A stretch of 64,000 nt of DNA from an uncultured Actinomycetes bacterium (GTDB lineage Bacteria; Actinomycetota; Thermoleophilia; UBA2241): NCBI GenBank assembly GCA_963725665.1, contig CAVRZA010000011.1, positions 544,001-608,000 of the forward strand, written 5' to 3'. Below are positions 18,886 to 29,082 of this stretch, piece after piece. Positions within the stretch are counted from its first letter, which is position 1. Each line of letters opens with the position of its first letter. The notes beneath the pieces are model-generated. The model saw nothing but the letters and a program-made list of their open reading frames with translations, searched no databases and was not told where the DNA came from. Made by a program: the position numbers and the translations under genes.

Positions 18886-21796
18886 CGGCTCAGCCTCCTT
18901 GTCGCGCCGTGCTTCCGGCGCAACAGCCATTTTCTCGCTTCCTCGGCGAAGAACAAAGTGACCGCCGCGATGACGAGGAATCCCCAGTCGTTCAGCGAGA
19001 GTGGGCCGGTCTTGAGGATGTTCTGCAGGAACGGCACGTAGGAGATGGCGGCCATCAACAGCACGGCGAACATCTCGCTGAAGACGATCCATTTGTTGCT
19101 GAAGATGCCGATCTTGAACAGCGACTCACGCTCGGTGCGGCAAGCGAAGCCGTTTGCCACCTGACCGGCGACGATGGCCGCCTGGGTCATCGTCACGGCC
19201 TCGAGGTAGGCGCCGTAGTGGGGGCTGGCCGGGTTCATCCAGGTCGTGTCGCCCCAGGCCCAGCCGTGGGACAGCAGAACGTAGAGGAACCCCGAGACCG
19301 CGAATACCGACTGGATCGCGCCGATGAAGACGACGCGCCGGAGCGTCGGCCTGCTGAGGATGCGCTCGCTGCGGGGGCGCGGCGGCTGCGCCATGACTCC
19401 CGGCTCAGGGGGCTCGGTGCCCAGCGCCAAGCCGGGCAACACGTCGGATCCGAGGTCGATCGAGAGGATCTGGATGGCGCCCAGTGGAACTAGGCCGACC
19501 CCGCCGATGACCGCGAACATGTACGGAAACAGCTCGGCGAAGTTGTGCGAGAAGATGTACGTGACCATCTTCTTGACGTTGGCGTACACTCCGCGGCCCT
19601 GCTCGACCGCCTTGACGATGCTGGCGAAGCTGTCGTCGAGCAGGATCATGATCGCCGCCTCACGCGCGACGTCGGTGCCGCTGATGCCCATGGCCACGCC
19701 GATGTCGGCCTTCTTGAGCGCCGGCGCGTCGTTCACGCCGTCGCCGGTCACGGCGACGATCTCGCCCATCTCCTTGAGGACCGAGACGACCTCCATCTTG
19801 TGCTCCGGGGCCACCCTGGCGAAGATCACGTCCTGCGGTTTCGTCGAGCTCGGCCTTGAGGTCGTCTTCGCTCATGCCCTCGAGGTCGACATCCCGGTGA
19901 TCACGCGCACGTTCTTGTCGCCGCGCACGATGCCGATGCGGCGGGCGATGGCCTCGGCGGTGAGGCCGTAGTCGCCCGTGACCATGATGATGCGGATGCC
20001 GGCGGCGAGAGCGCGTTCTCGACCGCCTCGGCGACCTCGGGGCGGGGCGGATCGATCATGCCCGACGAAGCCGAGGAACGTGAGGTCGGTCTCGACGGTG
20101 TCGGGTGTGTAGTCGGTGAGGTCCGGGGGCAGGTCGCGCTCGGCGACGGCGAGCACGCGCAGCGCCTGGCGCGACATGTCGTCGTTCTGCGTCGAGAATG
20201 CTGCCGACGCAGCTCGTCGGTCAGCGGCACGACCTGCCCGTCGAGCCTGATGTGCGTGCAGCGAGGGATGGTCTCCGAGGGAGCGCCCTTCACGTAGGCG
20301 CTTCTGCCCGTCGCCCTCGACGTGGATCGACCGACATGCGCTTGCGCACCGACTCGAACGGGAGCTCGTAGATCTTGGGCCGTGCCGCGAGCTCCTCGCG
20401 CAGGTCGAAGCCAGCCTTGCCTGCAGCCACGAGCAGCGAGCCCTCGGTCGGGTCGCCGATCACCTGCCAGCCCTCGTTGTCGCGCGGGGTCAGCAGCTTG
20501 GCGTCGTTGGCGAAGCGTCATGGCGCGCAGCAGCGGCTCGAGCCTCTGGCGCGCCTCGTCCCTTCGGCAGGGCGTTGTCGTCGACCACGAAATCGCCGAC
20601 CGGTTCGTAGCCGGCGCCGGTGACCTCGATCGGCTGTCGCCGCCCACGTAGAGCTCCTTGACGGTCATCTCCGCCTTGGTCAGCGTGCCGGTCTTGTCTG
20701 TGCAGACGACGTTGGTGCAGCCGAGCGTCTCAACGCCGGAGAGCTGCTTGATGAGGGCGTTCAGCTTCGCCATGCGCTGCACGCCCACGGCGAGCGCCAC
20801 CGACAGCGTGGCCGGCAGTCCCTCGGGCACGAAGCACACCATGACGCCCATGGCGAACAGCAACGCCTGGATCCAGGTGAGGTTGAGGCCCAGTGGGCCC
20901 ATGAAGAACAGCAGGACACCGACGGCGATCGCCATGATGGAGACCGTGCGCGCCATGCGGTCGATCTCGCGCTGCAGGGGCGACTTCTCGTCGGAGACGC
21001 CGGCGGTGAGCTCGAAGATGCGCCCGAACTCGGTGTTCGAAGGCCGGTGGCGAACACGACCGCCTGCCCGGTACCGAGGCCACGCTCGTCCCCATGAACA
21101 CCAGGTTCGGCATGTTGATGGTGGCCAGGTCCTCTTCGACTAAGGGGTCGGCCGTCTTGCGCACTGCGTCGGATTCGCCGGTGAGGGCGATGTTGATGGT
21201 CGACATCTCGTACTGGCGAATGAGGCGGGCGTCGGCGCTGATCGCGTCGCCCTCTTCGAGGACGATCACGTCGCCGGGCACCAGGTCGGCTGCCGCGACG
21301 ATCGTGACCTCGCCTTCGCGAACGACCTTGGCGTTCGCGGGGCACCAGCTTCTGCAGCGCTTCTGTCGCCTTCTCGGCGCGGTACTCCTGGATGAAGCCG
21401 ATGACGGCGTTCAGCACGACGACGCCCATGATGGCGATGGCGACGTTGAGGTTGTCCTGGCGGCTCGATCCCGAGGACAGCAGCGCCGCGATGAACACGA
21501 GCAGGGCGCCGACCTCGAGCATGATGGCGAAGAGCGTGGTGAACTGGTCGAAGAAGCGATAGATGAGCGGCGGCCCGACCCGGTCGGCAGGATGTTGCGC
21601 CCGTGGTGCTCGAGTCGCCGAAAGGCCTCGTCCTCGGTCAGGCCGCGCGCTGAGGTGTGCAGCGCCTCGTAGACTTGTTCTTGAGGTACCTGCCAGATGC
21701 CGAGTGCCTCCGCGGCGCCGGACGCGGGTTCAGCGAGACGCCCGTGGCGGGTGTCACTTGCTCAGGCGTCGACAGCGTGGTGGTCTTCTGGGACAC
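18876..21796 (-). CDS. Cation-transporting P-type ATPase, Na/K-ATPase-like (P2C-like), many frameshifts
   Basis: LTGES, VPEGLP, CTDKTGTLT, KGAP, DPPRPEV, VTGDY, TGDGVNDAPALKKADIGVAMG and QILSIDLGSD occur in order across shifted frames. Start approximate. Confidence 0.88.
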
Positions 21797-21926
21797 GGGA
21801 CCTCACAAAGCCTGGCGACAGGCAACGTGCGTTTCGTACACCTTGGCGAGCCTCGACGCAAGCTGTCGGGCGCTTGGGGGCCGGTGACGCTCGAAGAGGA
21901 GAGCCGCTCCTGCGGTCAGCGACCCG

Positions 21927-23091
21927 TCACGAGGCCTCGACCACGTCAGCCGTGGCCTTGCTGGGGTCGGCCACCACCAGGACGTCGATGTAGTCGGCCG
22001 TCGCGCATGATCTTGGCGATGAGCGACGAACCCCGGAGCGACCTCGTCGAAGCGGGATCGCTTCGACTGGCCCATGAGGACGTACGTGGCCCGGTTCTCC
22101 CGGGCGAACTTCAGGATCTCGTCGGCCTCCGAATCACCGTTGAGCTCTACGACCTGGCCGCCGAGATTGCGGGCCAGGTCGTACGCTCGTTGAGCTCGCG
22201 CTGATGGCCGCCGAGCGTCTCGCCCGCCGTGTGCACGTGGACGACCCAGAAGTGCCCCTGCAGACGCTTGGCAAGCCTGTAGCCACGGCGCACCAGCTTC
22301 TTCGCGACCGAACCGCCTTTGATGCAGACGACCACTCGGTCTTCCGTCGCCCAGGGCGCTGTGGTCTCGTGGTCCTCCAAGTAACTCTCGAGGGTCTCGT
22401 CGACCTCCTCGGCGGTCTTGCGCAGCGCCAGCTCGCGCAGCGCCACGAGGTTTCCGCGGCGGAAGAAGTTGCGCAGCGCGCCGGGGATCTTCTCGAGGTC
22501 GTAGACCACGCCGCGGTTGAGGCGGTTGATGAGGGCGTCGGCTGTGAGGTCGACGAGCACCACCTCGTCGGCGCGATCGAGCATGGAGTCGGGTATCGTC
22601 TCGCGCACGCGCACGCCGGTGATCTCGAAGACGGTGTCGTTCAGGCTCTCGAAGTGCTGCACGTTGACAGTGGAGATGACGTCTGATGCCGGCGTCGAGG
22701 ATGTCGTCCACGCTCTGCCAGCGCTTCTCGTGGTCGGTCCCGGGGATGTTGGTGTGCGCCAGTTCGTCGACGAGGACGACACCGGGACGACGGGCGATGA
22801 CCGCGGCGGTGTCGATCTCCTCGAAGACTTACGGCCGCGATAGTCGATTGCCTTGCGGGAAGGATCGGCAGTCCTTCGGCGAGTTCCTCTATCGCCTGCC
22901 GACCGTGCGTCTCGACGAAGCCGACGACGATGTCCTCGCCGCGCGACAGGCGGCGGTGGGCCTCGAGCAGCATGGTGAACGTCTTGCCGACACCGGGGGC
23001 GTAGCCGAGGAAGATCTTGTGGCGCCCGGCTTGCGGAGCGTCTTCAGGGTGAAGAGGTCGCCGGTCTCTGGGCTGAGTCGTCCTCTTCCAT
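21927..23091 (-). CDS. kdpD: KdpD N-terminal sensor (KdpD domain + USP), no kinase, frameshifted
   Basis: KIFLGYAPGVGKTF.ML.EAH, VVGFVETHGR, DELAHTN, TVNVQHFESLND, VRETIPD, FFRRGNL.ALRELALR, then a USP-like domain ending at a stop at 21927. Confidence 0.88.
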
Positions 23092-23094
23092 CAC

Positions 23095-23679
23095 ACTCAC
23101 TGTAGGGCGTCTGTGCGGCGTCGAGGGCGAGATTCAAAGCGGAGCACGTTCACACGAGGTTCGCCAAGAAAGCCGAGCTGGCGTCCGGTGGTGTGTCGTC
23201 GATAAGCGCGAGCACGGCGGAGACGGTCGTGCCGCGGGCTGCGGCGACGCGCGCCGCCTGCGCGCGCGCGTTGGCGATGGTGATGTCGGGATCGAGACCA
23301 CTCGCCGAGGTCGTCACCATGTCGATCGGCACGGCGCCGAATCGCAGCCCGGGGTTGGCGGCGATCTCCTGCTTGACGGAGGTCTGACCCGGTCGGCGAG
23401 CGTCTTGTTGGTCGGCCCCAGGTTCGAGAACGACGAGGCCATCGCGTCGTAGCCCTCCCCGGCGGCGGATAGGCGAGGCTGGAAGTACTTGGCCGCCGTG
23501 AAGTTCTGTCCGATCAGGCTTCGACCCGATCGACTGCTGCCGTTCTTCTTGACGAGGCTGCCGTTGGCCTTGCCGGGAAAGATGACCTGTGCCAGGCCGG
23601 TCATGACCAGCGGGTAGATGATGCCCGCTATCACTGCTGTGACGATCGTCATGCGAATCGAGATCCAGACGTATTTCAC
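23095..23679 (-). CDS. kdpC: Potassium-transporting ATPase subunit KdpC (operon 1, frameshifted; 3' end approximate)
   Basis: GIIYPLVMTGLAQVIFPGKANGSL, LIGQNF..YFQPRLSA, SNLGPTN, PIDMVTTSASGLDPDIT, LNLALD. Confidence 0.9.
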
Positions 23680-23697
23680 GATGCCTCTCCTCGGTCC

Positions 23698-25752
23698 CTA
23701 GGTCGTCAAGTGAGTCGCCACGAGGATCAGGTCGATGATCTTGATGCCGATGAAGGGAGCTACCACTCCCCCGAGGCCGTAGACGAGCAGGTTGTAGCGC
23801 AGCAGCCGGGCGGCCGGCCAGGGCCGGTATTTCACGCCACGCAAGGCGAGTGGGATCAGCATGACGATGATGATCGCGTTGAAGATCACCGCCGAGAGCA
23901 CGGCGCTGTGCGGCGAGTGCAGGCCCATGACGTTGAGGCTCGAGAGCTCGGGGAACGAGACCATGAACATCGCCGGGATGATGGCGAAGTACTTGGCCAC
24001 GTCGTTGGCGATGCTGAACGTTGTCAATGCGCCGCGGGTGATGAGGAGCTGCTTGCCGATGGCCACGATCTCGATGAGCTTTGTCGGGTTGGAGTCGAGG
24101 TCGACCATGTTGCCGGCCTCCTTGGCGGCCGACGTGCCGGTGTTCATGGCGACGCCGACGTCGGCCTGCGCCAGCGCCGGCGCGTCGTTCGTGCCGTCCC
24201 CTGTCATAGCGACCAGCTTCCCCTGCCGCTGCTCGCTACGGATGAGCTCCATCTTGGTCTCGGGCGTCGCCTCGGCAAGGAAGTCGTCAACACCGGCCTC
24301 CTTGGCGATGACCGCCGCCGTGAGCGGGTTGTCCCCCGTGATCATGACGGTGCGGATGCCCATGGCGCGCAGCTCATCGAAGCGCTCGCGCATACCGCCC
24401 TTCACGATGTCCTTCAGGTGGATGACGCCAAGGACCTTCTGGTCGCTCGCGACCGCCAGGGGCGTCCCGCCCTGCAGCGATACCTTCTCGATCGTCTCTT
24501 CGAGCAGGGGTGGGACCTCGCTGCCACGCTGGCGCACCCAGCTGATGATGGCGTCGCCGGCGCCCTTGCGCACAGCGTGCCCGTTCAGGTCGATGCCGCT
24601 CATGCGCGTCTGCGCGCTGAACTCGATGAAGGTGGCCTTCTCTGGGTCGATGTGACGCCCGCGAATGCCGTAGTTCTTGGCCAACACAACGATCGAGCGG
24701 CCCTCGGGCGTCTCGTCGGCGAGGGAGGCGAGCTGCGCGGCGTCGGCGAGCTCCTCCTCTGACACGCCGGACATGGGGATGAACTCGGAGGCCTGCCGGT
24801 TGCCCAGCGTTATCGTCCCCGTCTTGTCGAGCAGCAACGTGTCGACGTCGCCCGCGGCCTCCACCGCGCGCCCCGACATGGCGAGTACGTTGTGGCGCAC
24901 GAGCCGGTCCATGCCTGCGATGCCGATCGCCGAGAGTAGCCCGCCGATGGTCGTCGGGATGAGGCACACAAGCAAGGCGATCAGGACCGTGGCTGACTGG
25001 GCCGCATTGCTGTAGATCGCGAACGGCTGCAACGTCATGATCACGATCACGAAGATGATCGTCAGGCCGGCGAGGAGGATCGTCAGGGCGATCTCGTTGG
25101 GGGTCTTCTGGCGCTGGGCGCCCTCGACGAGGGCGATCATGCGATCGAGGAACGTCTCGCCGGGGTCGGAGGTGATCCTGACCCGAATCTGGTCGGACAG
25201 GACTTTCGTGCCGCCGGTGACGGCGCTGCGGTCGCCGCCGCTCTCGCGGATGACCGGCGCAGATTCGCCCGTGATGGCGGACTCGTCGACCGAGGCGATG
25301 CCCTCGATGATGTCGCCATCGCTGGGGATGATCTCGCCCGCCGAAACGATGACCACGTCGCCGCGGCGCAGCTGCGTCGCCGGCACCTGCTCGAGGCCGG
25401 TCTCGGTGACGAGGTTGGCGAGCGTCTCGGTCTTCATCTTGCGCAGCGCATCGGCTTGGGCCTTGCCGCGACCCTCGGCCATGGCCGTGGCGAAGTTGGC
25501 GAAGAGCACCGTGAACCAGAGCCAGCCGGCGACGGCGCCGACGAACGCCGTATCGCTGCTCGAGCGGATGAGTCCGGCTATGAAATAGTAGGTGGTGATC
25601 GCGCTGCCGACCTCGACCACGAACATGACTGGGTTGCGGGCTACGTCGCGCGGGTCAAGCTTGACGAATGAGCTGCCGATCGCCGGCCAGATGAGGTCGC
25701 GCATGGAGGCGGTCTCCCGCCGCAGGGGCTTGTCGTGGGTGTCGTCAGCCAT
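23698..25752 (-). CDS. kdpB: Potassium-transporting ATPase subunit KdpB (operon 1)
   Basis: [55 protein letters not shown]. Confidence 0.98.
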   Translation of the reverse strand: MADDTHDKPLRRETASMRDLIWPAIGSSFVKLDPRDVARNPVMFVVEVGSAITTYYFIAGLIRSSSDTAFVGAVAGWLWFTVLFANFATAMAEGRGKAQADALRKMKTETLANLVTETGLEQVPATQLRRGDVVIVSAGEIIPSDGDIIEGIASVDESAITGESAPVIRESGGDRSAVTGGTKVLSDQIRVRITSDPGETFLDRMIALVEGAQRQKTPNEIALTILLAGLTIIFVIVIMTLQPFAIYSNAAQSATVLIALLVCLIPTTIGGLLSAIGIAGMDRLVRHNVLAMSGRAVEAAGDVDTLLLDKTGTITLGNRQASEFIPMSGVSEEELADAAQLASLADETPEGRSIVVLAKNYGIRGRHIDPEKATFIEFSAQTRMSGIDLNGHAVRKGAGDAIISWVRQRGSEVPPLLEETIEKVSLQGGTPLAVASDQKVLGVIHLKDIVKGGMRERFDELRAMGIRTVMITGDNPLTAAVIAKEAGVDDFLAEATPETKMELIRSEQRQGKLVAMTGDGTNDAPALAQADVGVAMNTGTSAAKEAGNMVDLDSNPTKLIEIVAIGKQLLITRGALTTFSIANDVAKYFAIIPAMFMVSFPELSSLNVMGLHSPHSAVLSAVIFNAIIIVMLIPLALRGVKYRPWPAARLLRYNLLVYGLGGVVAPFIGIKIIDLILVATHLTT

Positions 25753-25764
25753 CGCAGTCGCCCG

Positions 25765-27492
25765 TCATCCGAAGAGCTTGCCGGCGTTCATGAGGAACTG
25801 TTCGACGATCGGGCCGAGCGCCAGCGCCGGGAAGAACGTCAGCGCCCCCACGATGAGGATCACGCCCACGAGCAGCACGACGAAGATCACGCCGGTTGTG
25901 GGGAACGTACCGGGCGAGGGCGGCACCGACTTCTTGCCGGCCAGCGAGCTGGCCAGGGCCAAGCACGGGATGATGAAGAAGAAGCGCCCCCACATCATGC
26001 AGAGGCCGCCGATCGTGCTCCAGAACCGCCCGCTGGCCGTGAGACCGGCAAAGGCGCTGCCGTTGTTGCCGGTCTGTGAGAACGTCCCGTAGAGGATCTC
26101 CGAGAGGCCGTGGGGGCCGGGGTTCAGCGCAGCCTCCTTGCCGGCCGGCAGGACGGCCGCCAGCGCGGCGAAGCCCAGGGCGGTCACGCAGTAGTACAGG
26201 ACCGCAAGGACGGCGAGCTTCATCTCGCGGCCCTCGATCTTCTTGCCCAGGTACTCAGGCGTGCGGCCGACCATGAGGCCGGCGATGAACACCGCGAGAA
26301 TGGCGTTGATCAGCAGTCCCATGAGGCCGACGCCGACACCGCCAAACACCACTTCCCCGAGGGCCATGTTCAGCATGGCGAAGCCACCCGCGATCGGCGT
26401 CAGGCTGTCGTGCGCGGTGTTGACCGCACCGCACGACGTGTCTGTGGTCGTGGTGGCCCAGAGGATCGACGCGGAGATCCCGAAACGGACCTCCTTGCCC
26501 TCCATGTTGCCGCCGGACTGGGTCGAGCTGAGCGTCTGATCCGCCCCAAGCTTCGTCAGGATCGGGTTGCCTCGCTGCTCGCTGGCGTACATCACCGCCA
26601 CGCTCATGAGCAGGATGGCCATGGCCGCCGCGAAGAGCGCCCACCCCTGTCGCTGATTGCCCGCGAAGCGCCCGAACGTGTAGGTGAGCGAGACGGGGAT
26701 GGCGAGCAGCATCAGGTCCTCGAACAGGTTGCTGAACGGCGTCGGGTTCTCGTAGGGGTGCGCCGAGTTGGCGTTGTAGGAGCCGCCGCCGTTGGTGCCC
26801 AGCTCCTTGATGATCTCCTGCGAGGCGAACGGTCCCTGCGCTATGGTCTGCGTGATCCCCTCGACCGTGACGGCGCGCGTCGGGGCGTTGAGGTTCTGCA
26901 CGACGCCCTGCGATACGAGCACGAGCGTCCCGACGATCGAGATTGGCAGCAGCACGTAGAGGAAGCTGCGCGTGAGGTCGACCCAGAAGTTGCCCAGCTC
27001 GCGTCTTGAGTGTCGCGTGAGCCCGCGGATGAACGCTACGGCGACCGCGATGCCGACGGCGGCCGACACGAAGTTCTCGCGCGCCAGCGCGAGCATCTGC
27101 GTCAGGTAGCTCACCTGCGTCTCGGGGACGTAGACCTGCCAGTTGGTGTTGGTCGCGAAGCTGACGGCGGTGTTGAAGGCCACCGTGGGGCTCATGTCGG
27201 GGACGTGTGCCGGGTTCAGCGGCAAGTGACCCTGGAGCCGGAGTATCAGGTAGATGAAAAGCAGGACCACGAAGTTGAAGACGAGGAGTGACACCGCGTA
27301 CGCCACCACCCCCATCTCGCGGGTCTCGTCGACGCCACACAGGCGGTAGGTCAGCCTCTCCACGGGACGAACGATGGGGTGGAGGAAGGTGCGTTCGCCG
27401 CGGAAGACGTGCGCCATGAAGAGCCCCAGGGGTTTGGCGATCAGTCCGAGCAGGACGACGTAGACGACGATCTGCAGGATCCCCCAACCCAT
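25765..27492 (-). CDS. kdpA: Potassium-transporting ATPase subunit KdpA (operon 1)
   Basis: Filter motifs TNTNWQ, LGTNGGG, SCGAVN, NNGSAF; GLMVGRTPEYLGKKIE. Confidence 0.98.
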   Translation of the reverse strand: MGWGILQIVVYVVLLGLIAKPLGLFMAHVFRGERTFLHPIVRPVERLTYRLCGVDETREMGVVAYAVSLLVFNFVVLLFIYLILRLQGHLPLNPAHVPDMSPTVAFNTAVSFATNTNWQVYVPETQVSYLTQMLALARENFVSAAVGIAVAVAFIRGLTRHSRRELGNFWVDLTRSFLYVLLPISIVGTLVLVSQGVVQNLNAPTRAVTVEGITQTIAQGPFASQEIIKELGTNGGGSYNANSAHPYENPTPFSNLFEDLMLLAIPVSLTYTFGRFAGNQRQGWALFAAAMAILLMSVAVMYASEQRGNPILTKLGADQTLSSTQSGGNMEGKEVRFGISASILWATTTTDTSCGAVNTAHDSLTPIAGGFAMLNMALGEVVFGGVGVGLMGLLINAILAVFIAGLMVGRTPEYLGKKIEGREMKLAVLAVLYYCVTALGFAALAAVLPAGKEAALNPGPHGLSEILYGTFSQTGNNGSAFAGLTASGRFWSTIGGLCMMWGRFFFIIPCLALASSLAGKKSVPPSPGTFPTTGVIFVVLLVGVILIVGALTFFPALALGPIVEQFLMNAGKLFG

Positions 27493-27507
27493 GGCGCTTC
27501 CGGCTGC

Positions 27508-27597
27508 CTAGAACTTCTCTGGTCTCAGAAGGGAGTAGAAGAGGTAGATGATCAGGGCGACTGCAATGATGCCGAGGATGAGGTAGGCGACGTTCAC
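27508..27597 (-). CDS. kdpF: KdpF (29 aa, MNVAYLILGIIAVALIIYLFYSLLRPEKF)
   Basis: Hydrophobic peptide ending in the YL.Y.LLRPEKF signature, immediately upstream of kdpA. Confidence 0.93.
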   Translation of the reverse strand: MNVAYLILGIIAVALIIYLFYSLLRPEKF

Positions 27598-27603
27598 CTT
27601 CGT

Positions 27604-27693
27604 CTACAGGCGAGGAGCCAGCCGAGCGTAGGCGAGAGAGAGGAAGAAGAACGCCATCACCACGGCGACGCAGGCAACATCACCCATCCCCAT
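27604..27693 (-). CDS. Small membrane peptide upstream of kdpF (29 aa, MGMGDVACVAVVMAFFFLSLAYARLAPRL)
   Basis: AAGGAG RBS, single TM, stop 6 nt before the kdpF start. Confidence 0.75.
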   Translation of the reverse strand: MGMGDVACVAVVMAFFFLSLAYARLAPRL

Positions 27694-27859
27694 GCTCCTT
27701 CCGCTGTCGGCCTTGTTCTTCCCGAGCATACAACCAGATAACGACTACACAAACCGTAGCCTGTTCGGCCCGGGCCACCGGGCGTCGGCCCGCGTGCGAC
27801 GCAATTCGGCGGCGCTCCTTTGGGTGCACCGTGATCCGAGCGTAACTGTCCTTGGGCAC

Positions 27860-27903
27860 AGTGATGCCCGCCGTCCTCGGGCGGGAGGACGGCGGGCATC
27901 ACT
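27860..27903. terminator. Perfect 19-bp hairpin
   Basis: AGTGATGCCCGCCGTCCTC-GGGCGG-GAGGACGGCGGGCATCACT, just downstream of the 86-aa ORF. No U-tract. Confidence 0.65.
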
Positions 27904-27917
27904 CTGACTAAGGCGCG

Positions 27918-28178
27918 TCAGTGACGGTAGGAGTGCGCAAACCTCGGAGTGCGCACGTACCTGGCGGGCGCAGGCTTCTCGGCCGGACGCTCGTCGGCCA
28001 AACGCTCCTGGGCCGGGCGCTTCGCCAGGATGAGACGGGCGACCTCACTCTGCTCCCGCCGATAGCGCTTGATGGCGCGCTCCTCGAAGATGAGCCAGAG
28101 AAGGTAGACCAGCGCACCCGCTGCCGCGACGGTCGCTGCGACCGCCACGAACGCAATCAAATCTGCTGCAACTGCCAC
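27918..28178 (-). CDS. Small single-TM protein with basic tail (86 aa)
   Basis: GGGAGGT RBS and GTG start; MAVAADLIAFVAVAATVAAAGALVYLLWLIFEERAIKRYRR...; four-box promoter upstream. Confidence 0.7.
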   Translation of the reverse strand: MAVAADLIAFVAVAATVAAAGALVYLLWLIFEERAIKRYRREQSEVARLILAKRPAQERLADERPAEKPAPARYVRTPRFAHSYRH

Positions 28179-28217
28179 TTCTGCACCTCCCAACTCCCGC
28201 AGCGTACCCCGGCGTAT

Positions 28218-28266
28218 GTTAAGAAGCCGTAAAGACCACGCCGGTCCATGTGAATGTTTCCTAAAG
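28218..28266 (-). promoter_or_regulatory. Four-box direct-repeat operator (putative KdpE site) for the 86-aa gene
   Basis: CTTTAG-5-ATTCAC-15-CTTTAC-5-CTTAAC, then 11 nt ending GGG, then TACGCT. Confidence 0.75.
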
Positions 28267-28385
28267 GCCAAGCGAGCGCCCCCGAGGCCGAGAGGTTGGC
28301 GGCAGCGGTCGCCGCGGTCTGCCCGCCGGCTCGCGAGTGCCGATTGGGACCTGCAGTCGTCTGCCACTCCGACGCCGCAGGCTTC

Positions 28386-28466
28386 CTACTCGTGCGTGGT
28401 CAGCTTGTATCCGGCAAGCAGGAAAATGGCCATCAGAGCCAGCCACACAAGTGCTTCCAGAGCCAC
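28386..28466 (-). CDS. Small membrane peptide (26 aa, MALEALVWLALMAIFLLAGYKLTTHE)
   Basis: Strong RBS TAAGGAGGT, GTG start, one TM; four-box promoter upstream. Confidence 0.7.
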   Translation of the reverse strand: MALEALVWLALMAIFLLAGYKLTTHE

Positions 28467-28508
28467 CGTCCACCTCCTTACATGCACAAGCAGGGTACCC
28501 AGGGTCCT

Positions 28509-28557
28509 CTTAAGGCCTCGTGAAGCGAGGGCGTAGAGGCGTGAAGTTTGCGTGAAC
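28509..28557 (-). promoter_or_regulatory. Four-box operator (putative KdpE site) for the 26-aa peptide
   Basis: GTTCAC-5-CTTCAC-15-CTTCAC-5-CTTAAG, then 11 nt ending GGG, then TACCCT. Confidence 0.72.
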
Positions 28558-28760
28558 ACCCTGAGCGTCGTTCGCGACCACAGGCGATCGAAGATCAGGG
28601 GGTCGAGTCACACACGGTCCGCCCAACCGGAGAGGCACGAGCGCGATCGAGGAAGAGCGCCACGCTCGGTTCCGTCTGCCCCGCGCTGGGCTTGCCGACG
28701 GCCTTTAGATCTGCCGACCCTCGTTCCTCTCTGCGCCTCTGTCGGCGCTGCGGGGACCGG

Positions 28761-28809
28761 CTTTATCTAATCTTTATGCACTTGTGACTACGTTTTACTA
28801 ATGGTTAAC
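28761..28809 (+). promoter_or_regulatory. Four-box operator (putative KdpE site) for kdp operon 2
   Basis: CTTTAT-5-CTTTAT-15-TTTTAC-5-GTTAAC, then 11 nt ending GGG. Resembles the E. coli KdpE TTTATA-N5-TTTACA repeat. Confidence 0.8.
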
Positions 28810-28909
28810 GTCGTTTCGGGAACATGTCGCGCAGTCGGTTCAGTTGATGTCCAGTGCCGGGGGCTGCCGTCGCCGGCCTTGAACGAGTCAGCCATGGAGG
28901 TCGGAGCTG

Positions 28910-28993
28910 ATGCCCGATTTCGTTGCAGTACTTATCGCCTTGGCGTGCTTCGCGGTGCTGTTCGTGCTCCTCTACGCCCTGGAGCGCGTGTGA
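28910..28993 (+). CDS. Small membrane peptide upstream of kdpF2 (27 aa, MPDFVAVLIALACFAVLFVLLYALERV)
   Basis: RBS GGAGG; TGATG overlap with the kdpF2 start; one TM. Confidence 0.75.
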   Translation: MPDFVAVLIALACFAVLFVLLYALERV

Positions 28994-29082
28994 TGGCCGC
29001 CGCAGACGTCTTCGGATTGGCGATCGCGGTGGCGATCGCCGTGTATCTCCTCTACGCACTCTTCAGAGGGGAGCGATTCTGA
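28993..29082 (+). CDS. kdpF: KdpF (29 aa, operon 2)
   Basis: MAAADVFGLAIAVAIAVYLLYALFRGERF; TGATG overlap with kdpA2. Confidence 0.9.
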   Translation: MAAADVFGLAIAVAIAVYLLYALFRGERF

